Source: Auanema rhodensis | Taxonomy: Eukaryota > Animalia > Nematoda | Assembly: GCA_964057225.1 (NCBI GenBank) | Contig: OZ059895.1 | Location: 18,352,001 to 18,416,000 of the forward strand | Length of the DNA: 64,000 bases | Direction: 5' to 3' | Part shown: positions 25,001-38,300 of the stretch, piece after piece | How positions within the stretch are numbered: the first letter of the stretch is position 1 | How the letters are laid out: the number at the start of each line of letters is the position of its first letter | Position numbers and translations under genes: made by a program | The notes under the pieces: model-generated | The model's input: only the letters and a program-made list of their open reading frames with translations | What the model was told of the DNA's origin: nothing | Databases searched by the model: none

Positions 25001-27824
25001 TTTCAAACTTCCAACTTTTTAATGACTTTAATACTCTAAACTTAATTATATGGCATAATTTATATTGAAAACTTTGTTGTAATTAACTAAAATCATCAGT
25101 GTGAGCCAACCATTGGTGCTTAAGAATTATCTAATGTTCTTCTTCGTTCATCGTTCATCTATCAAGCTTTCGTTTGTTGTTCAAAGTGGAAGTTTAATTT
25201 AAAAACAAACATACATACATATTATGATGTATGAGGAGATGCAGCTGAGCCAGAAATATACGTTGGAACCTAAGGTTTTACGTTGTTTATTGTTTTGGAG
25301 AAAAACAATCCAATGAATATGAATTGACTGCTGGTTTTGTAGAACTGATTTATAATATCAGTTTAAGAGATAGAATGTGAAAGAAAGAAAGATAGGGAGA
25401 ATAGAGGTAAAAAACAAAAAACGAAAAAGACAGGATCATATTGGAGATAGTTATAGTATAGAGAGTGGGGAGAGAAAGTGAAAAAAAATAGTTGTAGCCA
25501 GAGAGTGTTTAGATACCCATTGTTCTAAAATGATAGACGAATAGAGAACTCCACACAAGGAATAAATAACTTTAATCTTATTTTCCCTTCTGCCCTGTTA
25601 GCTTTCTTTTAAAAAAATGGACGTCTAGCAAGATTTCAGAATCATGTGCTAATATATAGAAATTCGTATGATATTGTGAAATGCTAAAGTTATTGTTTAG
25701 CAGTTTGAGTTTATGTAAATTAACAACTAGAAGATCATTTCAAGAAACAGCATATTGAATGATGAAAAGGGCTAATATCGATAATGCAATTAACTACACT
25801 GCATGATATTGAAGAATAAATGAATTACTCGTACTGATGTTGTTAATTTCCATCTCTTTATGTTAATTTTTACTTTTTTCTTATTAATTAAATTTCACTG
25901 TTACGGATAAGACAATACAATTATAGAATTTTTCAATAAACCAACATCACCAGAAAAATTAGATGCTTCGATTTGTCAGTTGGAAGGTTTTCCTTTAAAT
26001 CCGAAGCAGTCTTGTCATATATTTATCCAAAAATGGTTTGTATTTGGCTTGCATGTCATGGACTAGTTCAAGTAAATACTAAACTTTCATATATACATAT
26101 ATTTAGCTCTATGTACATGAAGGATAGAATAGGTAGCGAGAAAATAAAATAAATATAATTTAGATGAAAATTATATTTTTCATTTGTATGTTATAACATG
26201 AAACAATCATTAGAAATTGAAAATCAATCATGTTTTGTTTCTATCTGCTCTTCACTCAAGTTTCATTGAAATTCTTTTCTTCGTCCGCAACTTAAACTAC
26301 TTTTCTTCATTTTTCTGAGAAAAGTAAAGTGTCTAACCTACTAGACTTTTCACATCAGATTGTATTCAGACGTAAAGACGAAAGATGCTTACATCTCCCA
26401 CCCATCAAGCTCATGCTGCCCTCAGGCTAATAAAACGTTTCTGATCAAGAACACTCAAGCTGCCCACAATATATATATTAGACATAAGAATTTTCGTCAA
26501 GTATTACTTTTCATGAAGATTGCAACTTTTCATATCGGCCGACCACATTGTATATACTATGTGGTTAACAAAGAAGCAGAAATCATCACACAAATGCTCC
26601 ATGACATAAAAGATTATAAAGATGTGTGGTCGCTCACGCTGGGCTTCTCTCTACCATGCTGACCTCGTGGTCATCGTTCTACGCATTTTAGATGACGAAG
26701 ATGAAGTACGAGAATGAAGAGCAAACGGCCATAATGTGGTCGATGGAATAATGTTTGTTGACCTGCATACTGACTCCTTCATTTTGCTTTTTGTTAATAT
26801 TTGCAGCATCAGTGGTAGCTAAGTATGTTTCATAATCAAGCACATGAAACATCTAAATTTTAAAACCTATATATGTTTTGCTTGAAGAATATCATGTGGA
26901 TCAGAAACACATGGTGCTGCCATTAAACCGACAAAGGATGGGTCGTCGGAGGGGGGACTGAAAAAGTGGCTTGAAGCCTTATGTAGGGCTGATCATCAGA
27001 ATGGAGTAGAAGAGCAACAAACCAGAGGCGTTGAATTAGAACAGATTTTCGAATGAGTGACTACGAGAGAGAGAGAGCAACCAAGGGATAAGGGAAACAA
27101 TAAGGAAAAGGAATTGAATCAAATAGATACAAATAGACATACAATGGATGCTAAAGGAATAACAAATGAAAAATCGATGTTTATTTCATTTTTCCCTCTG
27201 ATACGCTCAAAGAGATAAAGATAAAGAGAGAGAGATAAAAATAAAGTGGGTAGGCAATAGAGAGAAAAAGAAGCAAGGGCGATGAGAGAAACCAAGAAAG
27301 AAAGAGAAACAGAGAAAGTATATATAGAATCCCAAAGCATTTTTTATTATTATTTTTATCTTCTTGTTTTAGTCATTGGAGACAATTGAAAGAAGGTAAT
27401 CAATGTGAGACACATTCTCTACCCTTCTTCTGAGTGCCACTGCAAGCGTGCACATCAGATATGAAAAGATCAAAATGTCTTCCATTTCTATACAAGATGA
27501 CAAAGCACAAACTGACGAAGAGTGTAAATCTATGGTGGTGGTAGTTAGCAGGTACGGAAATGTAGCAAATAAAATGGAAAATTGAAAAAAAAATTAAAAA
27601 TATGACGTACCTCGTTCTTCAGATGATGTCGGTGGATGACTAGTTTTCGGATTATCCGATGTAACATCAGTTGATGCTGTTGAAGTTACATGATCCGCGA
27701 ATGAAGATTTTGAACTGCTTGTTGGAAATGTCAAATCTTGAATATCTTGAAGATCCAATACACATATAGTTTGAGTAATAGCTTGACTAAGAATACTAAG
27801 CTGAATAATAGTAAAGAATGCCAT
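20368..27824 (-). CDS. acr-2: Non-alpha nicotinic acetylcholine receptor subunit ACR-2 (584 aa; 606 aa with optional exon)
   Basis: Exons 27824-27611, 24356-24269, 24176-24125, 24068-23981, 23939-23873, 22804-22688, 22639-22576, 22524-22446, 22399-22327, 22265-22106, 21953-21873, 21810-21627, [21501-21436], 21063-20906, 20864-20787, 20728-20660, 20598-20523, 20474-20368 join in frame. Cys loop [17 protein letters not shown], no vicinal loop-C cysteines, four TM segments, ACR-2-like [32 protein letters not shown] and [12 protein letters not shown]. Confidence 0.95.
21969..22007. repeat. (TA)n microsatellite in an acr-2 intron
   Basis: Directly visible. Confidence 0.95.
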
Positions 27825-28105
27825 GATGAATCAGAATATCAGTATCAGGCGAACAAGCTTGTAAATCATTCAAGCCGTAGCATAGTTAGTAATCAGAATA
27901 AAATAAATTAGATGGAGAAATAGTCTAGAGGTGCTAGCCAATTCAGATCGTGGCAGAATATTATGCAACAAGACTATGTTGATGATGATTATGATGCCAA
28001 CGACGACGACGAAGTGAAAAATTAAAGAGTAATAACTGCGTTTAAAAAATTGCAGAACTATACAAAATAATTATAAAAATATTAATATATATATATATTT
28101 ATATA

Positions 28106-28143
<38 letters not shown>

Positions 28144-28251
28144 ATAGTTAGCAGTTCTTCTTCCTTTGTATATGTGTGTGAGAGACAGAGTTATACGTGT
28201 TTTTGCTTGAGAATTTAGATATATTATCTATAGAAATAGGAAGAATATATA

Positions 28252-28253
<2 letters not shown>

Positions 28254-28289
<36 letters not shown>
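28254..28289. repeat. (TA)n microsatellite
   Basis: Directly visible; a second tract lies near 28109-28137. Confidence 0.95.
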
Positions 28290-28291
<2 letters not shown>

Positions 28292-28507
28292 CGTACGTAT
28301 GATTATTAAGCAAAAATTCACAAAGCTTGTGAATTTGGAAAATCCAGTAGAACAAGAACAAGATGAAAACGAAGAAACAGCTTCAGCTTATTCACTTGTC
28401 TCAAAATCTACACACACACACACATGCACATACACATATACCACACATACACACACCCTCTCTTTCTCTTTCTGTTATCTCTTTTTCTATACCTCACTCT
28501 CAAGCTA

Positions 28508-28517
28508 TCTCGTGGGA
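28508..28517 (-). promoter_or_regulatory. Candidate COE (UNC-3/EBF) site TCCCACGAGA upstream of acr-2
   Basis: Matches TCCCNNG(G/A)GA about 0.7 kb upstream of the acr-2 ATG; acr-2 is a known UNC-3 target in C. elegans. Confidence 0.45.
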
Positions 28518-29653
28518 ATCTCTATTCTATCGTTCGTTCTCTTTTTCTCTTTTTCTCTGCCTCTCTTCTATTCTTTTTCTTTTTGAGTAAAATATTACTA
28601 TGATTTCTCTTATTCTTGGGCGTTTTCTTCGTTTTCTAACAAAACCTCTTGCTCAAACTATTCGGGCTCTGTCTCTCGCACTCTCACTATGAATATGTAT
28701 CTGTGAGTTGACTTGCCAAAAGATCGACACTTTCAGTCGCTCCAATGACATCCCCCTCGAGGCTCCGCCTCCTCCGACTCATATATGGTCCCAAAGGGAA
28801 TTGGCGCCGCTCCGTTTTAACTGAAAGACCAGCAGTTGCTGTTCCATTTGTCGAGATAACTTGACATATTGCCTTCGACGACGACGACGTGTGAATTCAT
28901 TGAATTCAGACGGGTGACCAATGCTCGTCGTCTCATTTGTCTGTTAGCTTGCCTCCAATAGCATTAAAGCGGCTCTTGATATATGCTGTGACTTATCTTT
29001 CCCCTTATTCTTGATATTCTCGACACATACATATAATCGAAAAAAATCCTTCATATTCTACCCATTCTTCTCTCATCTGAAATTTTCCTGATGGCACAAA
29101 ATGAACAAAATACTATAACGCCGTGATAATTCAAAATTCAAAATAAATATGCAAATACAAATAATAAAATACAAATAAGTACATAGAATACACATAATAC
29201 ATACATAATATCCAGCGTAAACTTTGGTATACATCAACTTTTTTTTATTTTTGAATCTTCAAAATGGGTTTTAATTACCCCATCACTTGCTTCTCATTTA
29301 ATTTTTAAAATAAGAATTCACTAACCTGCCTGCACAAGTAGAATTTTCATATTGAATGAATCAATATTCAATAAAATTATACACCAAGCTGAATCTGTTA
29401 AATACAATAAAATTAAAATTATTTTAAAAAATATGAAATGAGTACTATTAAAACGTAATATCAGAATTAATATACAAATTTTCTTGAATTAAAAACAACG
29501 AGCATGATATATCATAGAGTAAATTGTTTGAGCGGTGAATACGTTGGTGTAAGTTCCATCTATAGCTTAAATAGAAGGAAAGAAGGATGAGCTAATAGAA
29601 ATTCGAGTGATTGTATTTTACCTTCTGCTCGGATTCTACTTCAAGTTCAATTA

Positions 29654-29663
29654 TCTCGAGGGA
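29654..29663 (-). promoter_or_regulatory. Second candidate COE site TCCCTCGAGA upstream of acr-2
   Basis: Same motif about 1.8 kb upstream of the ATG. Confidence 0.4.
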
Positions 29664-30362
29664 CACTCGAAGCAATTGACTTCGGTGTAAGCTATTTCGA
29701 CTATAACCTGATGTTGGTTTGAAAAATATTTCGCTTTTTTCTTTTTCTAATTGATATGTTTTAAAAGTTTTACGTATGTTTCGATTTGAATATCATATCT
29801 GATACTTCACAGCTTTAAACCATTGTTACACCTTAAATCATCTACTTGTTAATCTCGGTTAGAGACTCAACTATCCGATAAAACAAAGTTTCATTTCACT
29901 TAAAACTTTGAAATTGCTGAGCACTATGACTAAGTTTCTATTCTTTCAGCAAAGTCGTTTCTGTTTCAAAGACAGAATTTTCCATCTTACTCAGTTCTAC
30001 TTATTTATGCAAAATCTACGTTTAGCATTTTTTAATGAAGCCAAGCCTAACTTTCCTTTTTTGTAATTTCTCTATCAGTTTATTGGATTTATACATTCAT
30101 TTTGTTTATGTTTCCTATTGTTTCTTAAATAAATAAATAAAACATATAATTATTACATGTATTTGATATATTTTTAATGGTTTTGAATCACAATATATAT
30201 GTGAAGAGACAAGAAAATATTATAAAAAGATCTTCTGGACAATAATGTCCATAATAAAGATAGATAAAAAAGAAAAAAAGAATACAAAAATACAAAAAAA
30301 GAACAAATTGAAGATGTTAAATGGAGACAGGGAGAGATAAAGAGAGAGAAAGAGAAAAAAAA

Positions 30363-30365
<3 letters not shown>

Positions 30366-30417
<52 letters not shown>
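30366..30417. repeat. (GA)n microsatellite
   Basis: Directly visible. Confidence 0.95.
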
Positions 30418-30421
<4 letters not shown>

Positions 30422-31864
30422 TAGGGAGGGAAATGAGAACCAAAAACGTGCGATATGAAGTTCACTACGGGTCCTAAATATAACAAAAAAATATATAATA
30501 TAAATATATATAAATTCTCTTCAGATCTATAAAAATATATATAATTAATAATATAATTGAACTAAATTATATTCTAATGAAAAAACAAAACAAAAGATTC
30601 TATTTAAGTTTAGAAGAAAAATAATATATTTATAATACAGCTCATAACAAAATGATCGGTACATTTGATCTAACAGGCCTTATAATTATAAAAAAAATTG
30701 AGATAGAGAAGTAATAAAGCGTGTGTTTTAATAAAATTATTTTATTATTGTGTTGAATTGAATGAAGAAGCGGGAATTTACTTGTAATAATTTCACATTG
30801 ATCAATGAAATTGGTTGAAGAACAGTAGATCAGCTTACCAAACTTTTCATACAATTGCTTTTCGAAATGAAATCATCTAGTCCAATCACAATATTCAAAA
30901 CATAATGATTAGGATGATAACATTGTTCATGGAGAACATGGAAGAATGGTGAAAATTAAAGATGATCCGTAAAGAAGAGAGTAATCTGTGCACACGAACT
31001 TGGTTAAGGAAGGATGGAACAGGGAAAAGAGAGTAGAAGAAATAGAAGGGAAGAGAGATGAAAAAAATAATTGAGAATGAAGAAATAAAAATATTTGAGC
31101 AAATTAATGTTATTTGTTGAAATTCAACTTCTAACGCTGTGCAGAGTTAGAAAGCCATGTGAGCTGTAAAAACGGCAGTTTAACTAGTTTGGTGATAGCT
31201 CTCTGATATGTGATGAGATGACGAACATTCTTTGAATTTTTTATCAAAAAAAATTAATTTGTTTATGGGCTGACAATGTATTCAGAAAAAAATGTGATTT
31301 ATGCTCAATGAAGCTTATCATCTGATCACAGATACCGTACGCCGGTGCTTTATGAGGATATACAGTAAACAATGGGGGCGGAGCTTATTACAGTATGCCT
31401 GCGCAGGTGAGGGGGGGGTTAATCTTAGTAGGTGAATGGTATTGTTTATGGCAAGGAAATGTGAAGATCAGTATAAATTTCTGATAACAAGCGAATATGT
31501 GTTAAAACAGCAGAATATTATACCATATACACTATTCGCTCAGATCATAAACGTTCTCACTAATTTAGGATCAAAAATGTTTCATCTTATGTTTTTCATC
31601 AAAAACAAAAACTAAAAATTTTGGGAGATAATGAAAAATAATACACACGCTTGAAGTATTGTCGTAAAATGACGTTATATATGGTAGATAATTCCGGAAG
31701 ACCCGCTCGGATTACCCTTAATAGAATGTGTTAAAGGAGAAGAAGAAGAAAAATTGAAATATTTGGCTGATAAACCACAAAAACGAAGATGTGGTTTTGA
31801 AGGTATGAAAGGATAAAAAGCAAAGGAAAGAACGAGAGATATCTTCTTGATCAGGTAGATGGCT

Positions 31865-32340
31865 TCATGCTAATGGCTTTGTCGTGTCATAGATTGATGG
31901 AGCTCGGCATATGATTACGATTGTTCCAAGAGCACAAGCGCAGGTGAAAAGTAGTAGAAATATCCTATCCATTACTACCGATATGTATTTCCAGTCTTCC
32001 ACAACCTGTAAGAAAAAAGCATGAGTCAAGTCTGCTTCATTAGCTTTTCAGCTTATTTTCAAAAAGATTGTTTCAGAAGTATTCACATAAAAGATACATA
32101 CCTGCTTCTCTTCTTCCTCGTTTTTCAGATGATCAGCTATATATGCTACACTTTCTACAGCTGACCTCACCGGAGAAACATCTCTGCAAGCAGAAATATT
32201 AATTGAGTTTACTATTGTCAAAACTTAAAAAGGAAAAAAGAAAAAAAGAACTTTACTTCTGTTGTTATTCCCGCAATTTGTTTTGCAGAAAGGCGAAGAA
32301 ATTGCAAGAATAAGACTTGGAAAAAGCAAGAGAGAGAGAG

Positions 32341-32383
<43 letters not shown>

Positions 32384-35300
32384 GCTTTGAACTTACCGTT
32401 GACCAGATGTAAACGACGTCTCTTCTGCAGAACCACCAGCAGCAAATGATGTGCAGTACGTCGGAGAGAGTAAATCCATATTCTGACATGAGAAAAACAA
32501 CATTATGAAAATGAACTGCGATTTATCACCTGATCCAGTAGGGGAGAAGCAAAATTATTAGTTGGCGGAAGTGAAAAAGCCGCCGTTCGTTGGTCCATTT
32601 TAGCCTGTAAATTAAAAAAAGATGACTTGTATGAATAAAATAATTTGGTTAAGTTATATTGTTAACTTAATAATAACTGGAAAAACAGTAAATTTTACCT
32701 TTTGAGATGGTGGGGTAGGCCTCTGCATCATCAGATATTTTGGAAGAAAATCTATAAATAGCTTTCGTATCCATTGCGGCATTGTGTGTGTTGTCGGTGA
32801 ACGATAATGCACATTCTATAAGAAAATAACATTTTATTTTCATTTTTTAATTGAAAACTGAAGCAGAAAAAGAAAAAAAATATATTAAAACTCACTAATG
32901 TCACTACTGTTACCACCACACTTAATGTGACAAGAACCATGGTGAAGAGAAGATATTTGCCTATTAATGGTATGACCAGCGAAGTAGACGGAATGATCTC
33001 GACTGAATAATATCAAGCAAGTTTCAGCTATGTTTTAAAGTTTAAATTTACCTAACAACAAGAAGAAGACGGTAAGCGAAATAAGAATGGAAATACATAA
33101 AGAAATCTTTTCACCACCGTCTGATGGTAAATAGAAGACAAGAGCAGTCAAAAAACTGAAATCATATGAAATGAATGATATATGATAGAAGACTAAGTAT
33201 TGAGTCTGGTAACATGAAAATGATCGTCAAGTCATACCTAATGCCCACAGAAGGGAAGATGAGATTGACAGTGTAGAAGAGCGTTTTTCGTCGCAGATGA
33301 ATCTCATATGTGATGTCAATAAACGGACTTTCACAACACGGATACCTAAAAAGTGAGTTGAATTTCAAATTTTATAATGTTGTAAGTATATTTTATTATT
33401 TTTGGTAGTTTTTTTATGTTTTAGCAAATCACATCCCCAAACTTTTGCCATTTGTGAGACCGTCATTGCAAAGGCAATTGCAATTCGTGTTTCAACTCAT
33501 TTCCAATCGTTTGTCTTTTGTGACATGTTCGTTTTACTTGAAAAGTCTCCAAAAAAAAATTCATTGTCTGTCTGTCTCTGTCATCTCATTTCTCTTTTTG
33601 AGCTAAGAAAATATTCCTCTTCAACTGACTTTCAGAGATTTACAAGAGAACGATTGTGCAGCCGACTAGCTATGCTCGCGGTTGTGAGATAAGCCGAGAG
33701 CAGCTAGACGGCAGCTCATCGAGTTGGCAAAGACACACGATGTTAAGAAGGAAAATTCATTTTTCGTCCATAAAAAACTGCAAAGGAACAGAATAGAATA
33801 GGATGTAAGCCTCCAAGGAAAAGCTTGTCCGTAAGGTCTATTCTTCCTCCCTCGCTTCCATTTTTCTCATTCTGTTCTTCCGTCTCTCTCCCTCTCTCTC
33901 TGTTGGATATTCATATTTCAGAACACCAATTGAAAGCAATAGAAGAGGCAAATGAAAAAAAATCATTTAGACATCCCAGTTGTCGTTCCAACTAAATCCC
34001 AAAGGATTCAGTCAACATCAGAGCATCAGAAGAATGCCTAACATGAATGAATGAAAATTGTAAACTTAACAGCTTTCTCTACATTTGAAATGAATATTGG
34101 AAACGATCAAAATGAAAATACATACAATACAACTATTCATTAAATTTAAAATTTTACCTTTTTGAATGACGTTTTCCGGGTACTTGTAATATGTCCCATT
34201 CAACACTTGGATAGTAATCACTCAGATCTATGCCTGAAAGATAAAAAATAAAAATAGCAATATGATTGATGAAATGGCTTTAAACTCCCAACTGTTTTTG
34301 AAGAAAATAGTAAACAATTGCCATTTCATTTAGTAAATATATAGAAATAACTAATTACCTTCGTCAACAATCCATACAGATTCTTGAATAGGGCCATCAA
34401 CCCCTTCAACTTCCTCTTCTACAATCCGTTGTTTGTGCTCATCTTTATGTATTAAATCAACTTCCAGACCTCCATATGTCCATGACCCTACAAACAGTTT
34501 CAATGTGCTCAAATCTGAGAAAAGCTAAAAAATACCAAATTTCATTTCGCATTGTTGAAGATCGAATGGGAAAAATTCGACATCTATTTGGCACATGCTG
34601 AAATATTATGAAGTTATAGTCAACCTTATATGAAATAAAAATTCATTCAATGATTGTTATAATGATAGTTATGCTCATGTTTTACATAATCAAAATATTT
34701 CTGATATCATACAAACCTTTTGTATATAGCTGGTGGAGCCCATTCTACTGTACCGTTATATGAAAGCTTTGCTTTCGTCATGATTGTCACTTGATAATTA
34801 CCGTCAGCACTATAATAAATGTATTATTATACAATAATTATTATTGTTTCTCAATCTTCTTTTCTTATTTATGAAAAAATAAATAAAGTTATATTCAAAA
34901 ATGAGGCACATGTACACTTGGCAGTCTAATTCAAAAGCTTCAGACCCTTTGTGTTTGTGTTCGTGTCACGGCCAGCTTTAATCATTTTTTTTCAGCTTCA
35001 AAAAGTATTTATAAGAATATCGATGAATACTATGACTGAAGAGAAGTATGAACGAACTTATTATATAAGACTATATCTGGTAACCAGATGGTATCAGAAG
35101 GTACATACAACACATCTACACCTCCGTAATCATCTGGATTCCACCGCAGTTTGTAATCAGTCCAACTCTGTAACATACATATTAGGGTTTTCATTTGTTC
35201 TCAACTAATTGTTTAATTTTAATTTAATTTATCTCCATCTCTTTCCCTTCATCTCTCTTCATATCTCAACTGAGTGCAGAACATGCTCAGAACACAGAAG

Positions 35301-38300
35301 ATCTTAACGTGATATGTTTCTTACTAAATTGACTTATTCTACTTTCTCGACGCTTCGCATCCATTCACGTCATTAGTCGATGTCCTTTACAAATTGGAAA
35401 ATTAAATTCTTCGAAATAAAAAAAGAACAAGCAGAAGAATAAAAGCAGAATGCTCGGAATGATTTTTGTTGATTGTGATGTAACTGTGTATTGTGCTCTT
35501 TGATACAATTGTCGTCGTGACAATAAAGCTTCTTCTGAATCTCTAGAATAGAAAATCATCCTACGTCTATATCTGTGCGTGTAAATCCATCAGTGTATGT
35601 CTGTATTTGTGTATGTGTGTATGTGTGTGTGTTCGCAGCCGTGCAACCTATTAGCCAAATAGGATTTAGTGTGTCCGGAAATTCCATTTTCGTCACCCCC
35701 CACTCTTCTAAGTCTTCCGACCAATAGCTCATCATCCGGATTCCAGCTGCTGCCTGTCTGCATGAACACACACATACAACCATATACACCCTGACGTATT
35801 CAGTTGTTTAGCTTGCATACTCTTTTCTGTTTTTTTTCTAAAGTTCGATACAGCGATATATACAGCTCGAACATGAAGATTCAACTATTAATAACCAGTT
35901 CCAATTTATCGAAATACAAAAAAAAGCTTCTTTACAGCTTCATCAATGTACCATAGTGCTAATGGCACAACTACTCGAGTCAAAAAGGCGTCCAAATAGA
36001 TCTTGGCTATGACGTTGATGTGAGAACAACTCTGAGAACGACACAACGACGGCAGATATCGGCATCAACGTCAAGCATAAATGCCATCACGAATCTCATG
36101 ACGTATTGATTATATCCGAAATGAAACGATGTTAGTACACCGGAAATTCTGGATAGCACAATACTATCTGCAGTACTGGCAGTGTTGTCGGCTGATTAAG
36201 TGACAAGTGAGACAGCTAACTAAACATGATTCAATCGGAACAATGCTGCAAGCCGATTCAAGAGTTTCAGCCGTTCAGCAATTGCTCTTCAGCCGAACAT
36301 ACTGCTGGTAAAAGGCAGCAACATAGAAGATACTAACAATGTTTCTTATAAGGTCATATCATGCTTCTTTCCTCCTCACTCCCTCTCCCCTTCTTTTTCT
36401 TTCAAAATACACGTTATAGAAAATATGTAAAGATTCTATTGTGTCTAAAGCTGATATACTAATACCACATCTACCAAATGTATATCCTCAATATTCTTTG
36501 TCCATGCGTATCAGATCTTTCAACAAACAATTCAATTTGACAACAAGCCATCACACCCACACAAACACATGAAATGAAATAGAAGAAGAGTGTATGCATT
36601 CCCAATACTGATATGCTAAAAACTAAAAACATCCGAGAATGTGGAAACTATACGTTTAACTTGTGAAACTGGGACAGGTTAACCATATCTTTCGACTTCA
36701 TGAAATAACAATGAACATGTGAACCTTTGCAACAATTCCAAGTTCTGATCTATATATAGGCTATGTTAAGTTCAATTTTCTGTATTATTCTCAAGAGCCG
36801 GAACTTGAGCTTCGTGAAACAACTTAAGCTTTTTCAGCAATAAATTGTCGTCAAATGACTTGTTCCAGAGGTCAACGTGAACGGCTTTTCGTTTTTCTTT
36901 ACACTGACACAACGACACATTCTTCGCGAATGCTACGAGAGCGAACTCAGCTTATAACACAGACAAACAGCCTCATGGGATGATGCCACAAGGCTACATA
37001 TCATGCCCTCAGGGCATTTTGATATATGATTGTCCGCATATCCTTTTTTGAACCCACCACCATATTCCTTGTATAAGCGTCGTAGTTCCGACTTTCTTTC
37101 TCATTTTCGTTTTTTTCTGCTAAACAAACGAAATAAAACATCAGAGGAATATCATTCCATTAAAGTTAAAAATGAGATGGCGGAATCAAGTTCATCAGTA
37201 ATATCATAGAAAATTAGGATAAACACATGTTGTTCGTTACGAGTGTTCATATTGATTTTAGTGCTTTCTAAAGCGAAAAACTGTTCCAAGGAACAACCAT
37301 GAAAGTATTTAATTTTTTCGAAACATTCAGAAATCGTGTGCAAATCTATTGCGTATTAGCCACATTTTGTATATAGTTTGCTAGATTTATCTAGCATATT
37401 CAAATAGTATAAATAATTTAAAATTATTGTTATTACAATTGTATCAATACATGTTTAAAGAAATATAATCTCACTTCAATTTAACATGTCTGAGCCCGAT
37501 TCACTGATTCAGATGAAGAGAAGGATTATAATGGAGAAGAAGAGAAAAGAAAATATGGAAGAGAAGGAGAGAATAGCACAGGGCTGTTAGACGAAATGGA
37601 TACGCTCTGGCCAATTAGACATCAGTGCCAGACGAAAGGAAAGAAGAAGTAGAAATGAAAGGAAGTTCATTTCATCTGTATATTTTTCTAAATCTCAAAC
37701 TTTCTCACAACTTTATCCACCTCACTCAAAAAATCATTATTTCGTATAAAAAGTTATTTCATTCAAATCAATAGTAATAACGGAATGTAAAAATTATAGA
37801 AAAAACTAATAAATAGGAAATAAAACATACGTGTTGCAACCATACGTTTGTTGTCATGATTTGATTCTTCTCGTGCTGAAAAATATAAATTTGTAAATTA
37901 ATTTGGTTTTTAATTTTGTTCCAGCTTATCAGGCAACCTAAGTTTTCTTGTTCTCATCAGTAGTTATGGCTCATTTCTGGATCACTCCACCCCCCCCCCT
38001 TTCATCAAATTTATTTATTATTATATTCAATAAAAACTTTTGAAGTGTTCTTATGCTCTTCTGATAATAGAAAGTATCTCATATAGCATGTGTCAAAGGA
38101 ATATAATCGGTGTCTCAGTCTAATGAGTTCATCTCAATGATGCCTTTCATATGATAATCGTCGTCATCATTGTCATCCTCATCATCTTCTTCTCTAATTT
38201 CTGTCATTGAAAACGTATAATATGATCAAATGAGCCTATTTCTCTCGGACAGAAAATGAGCTAGAGAGAGATTGCCATTCACTATGAAGAACAAGAGAAT

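Noticed and set aside
32257-32315. Possible extra exon in the unc-63 M3-M4 loop
   Set aside because: 59 nt would shift the frame, the AAG acceptor is weak, and the flanking exons already join as expected ([18 protein letters not shown]).
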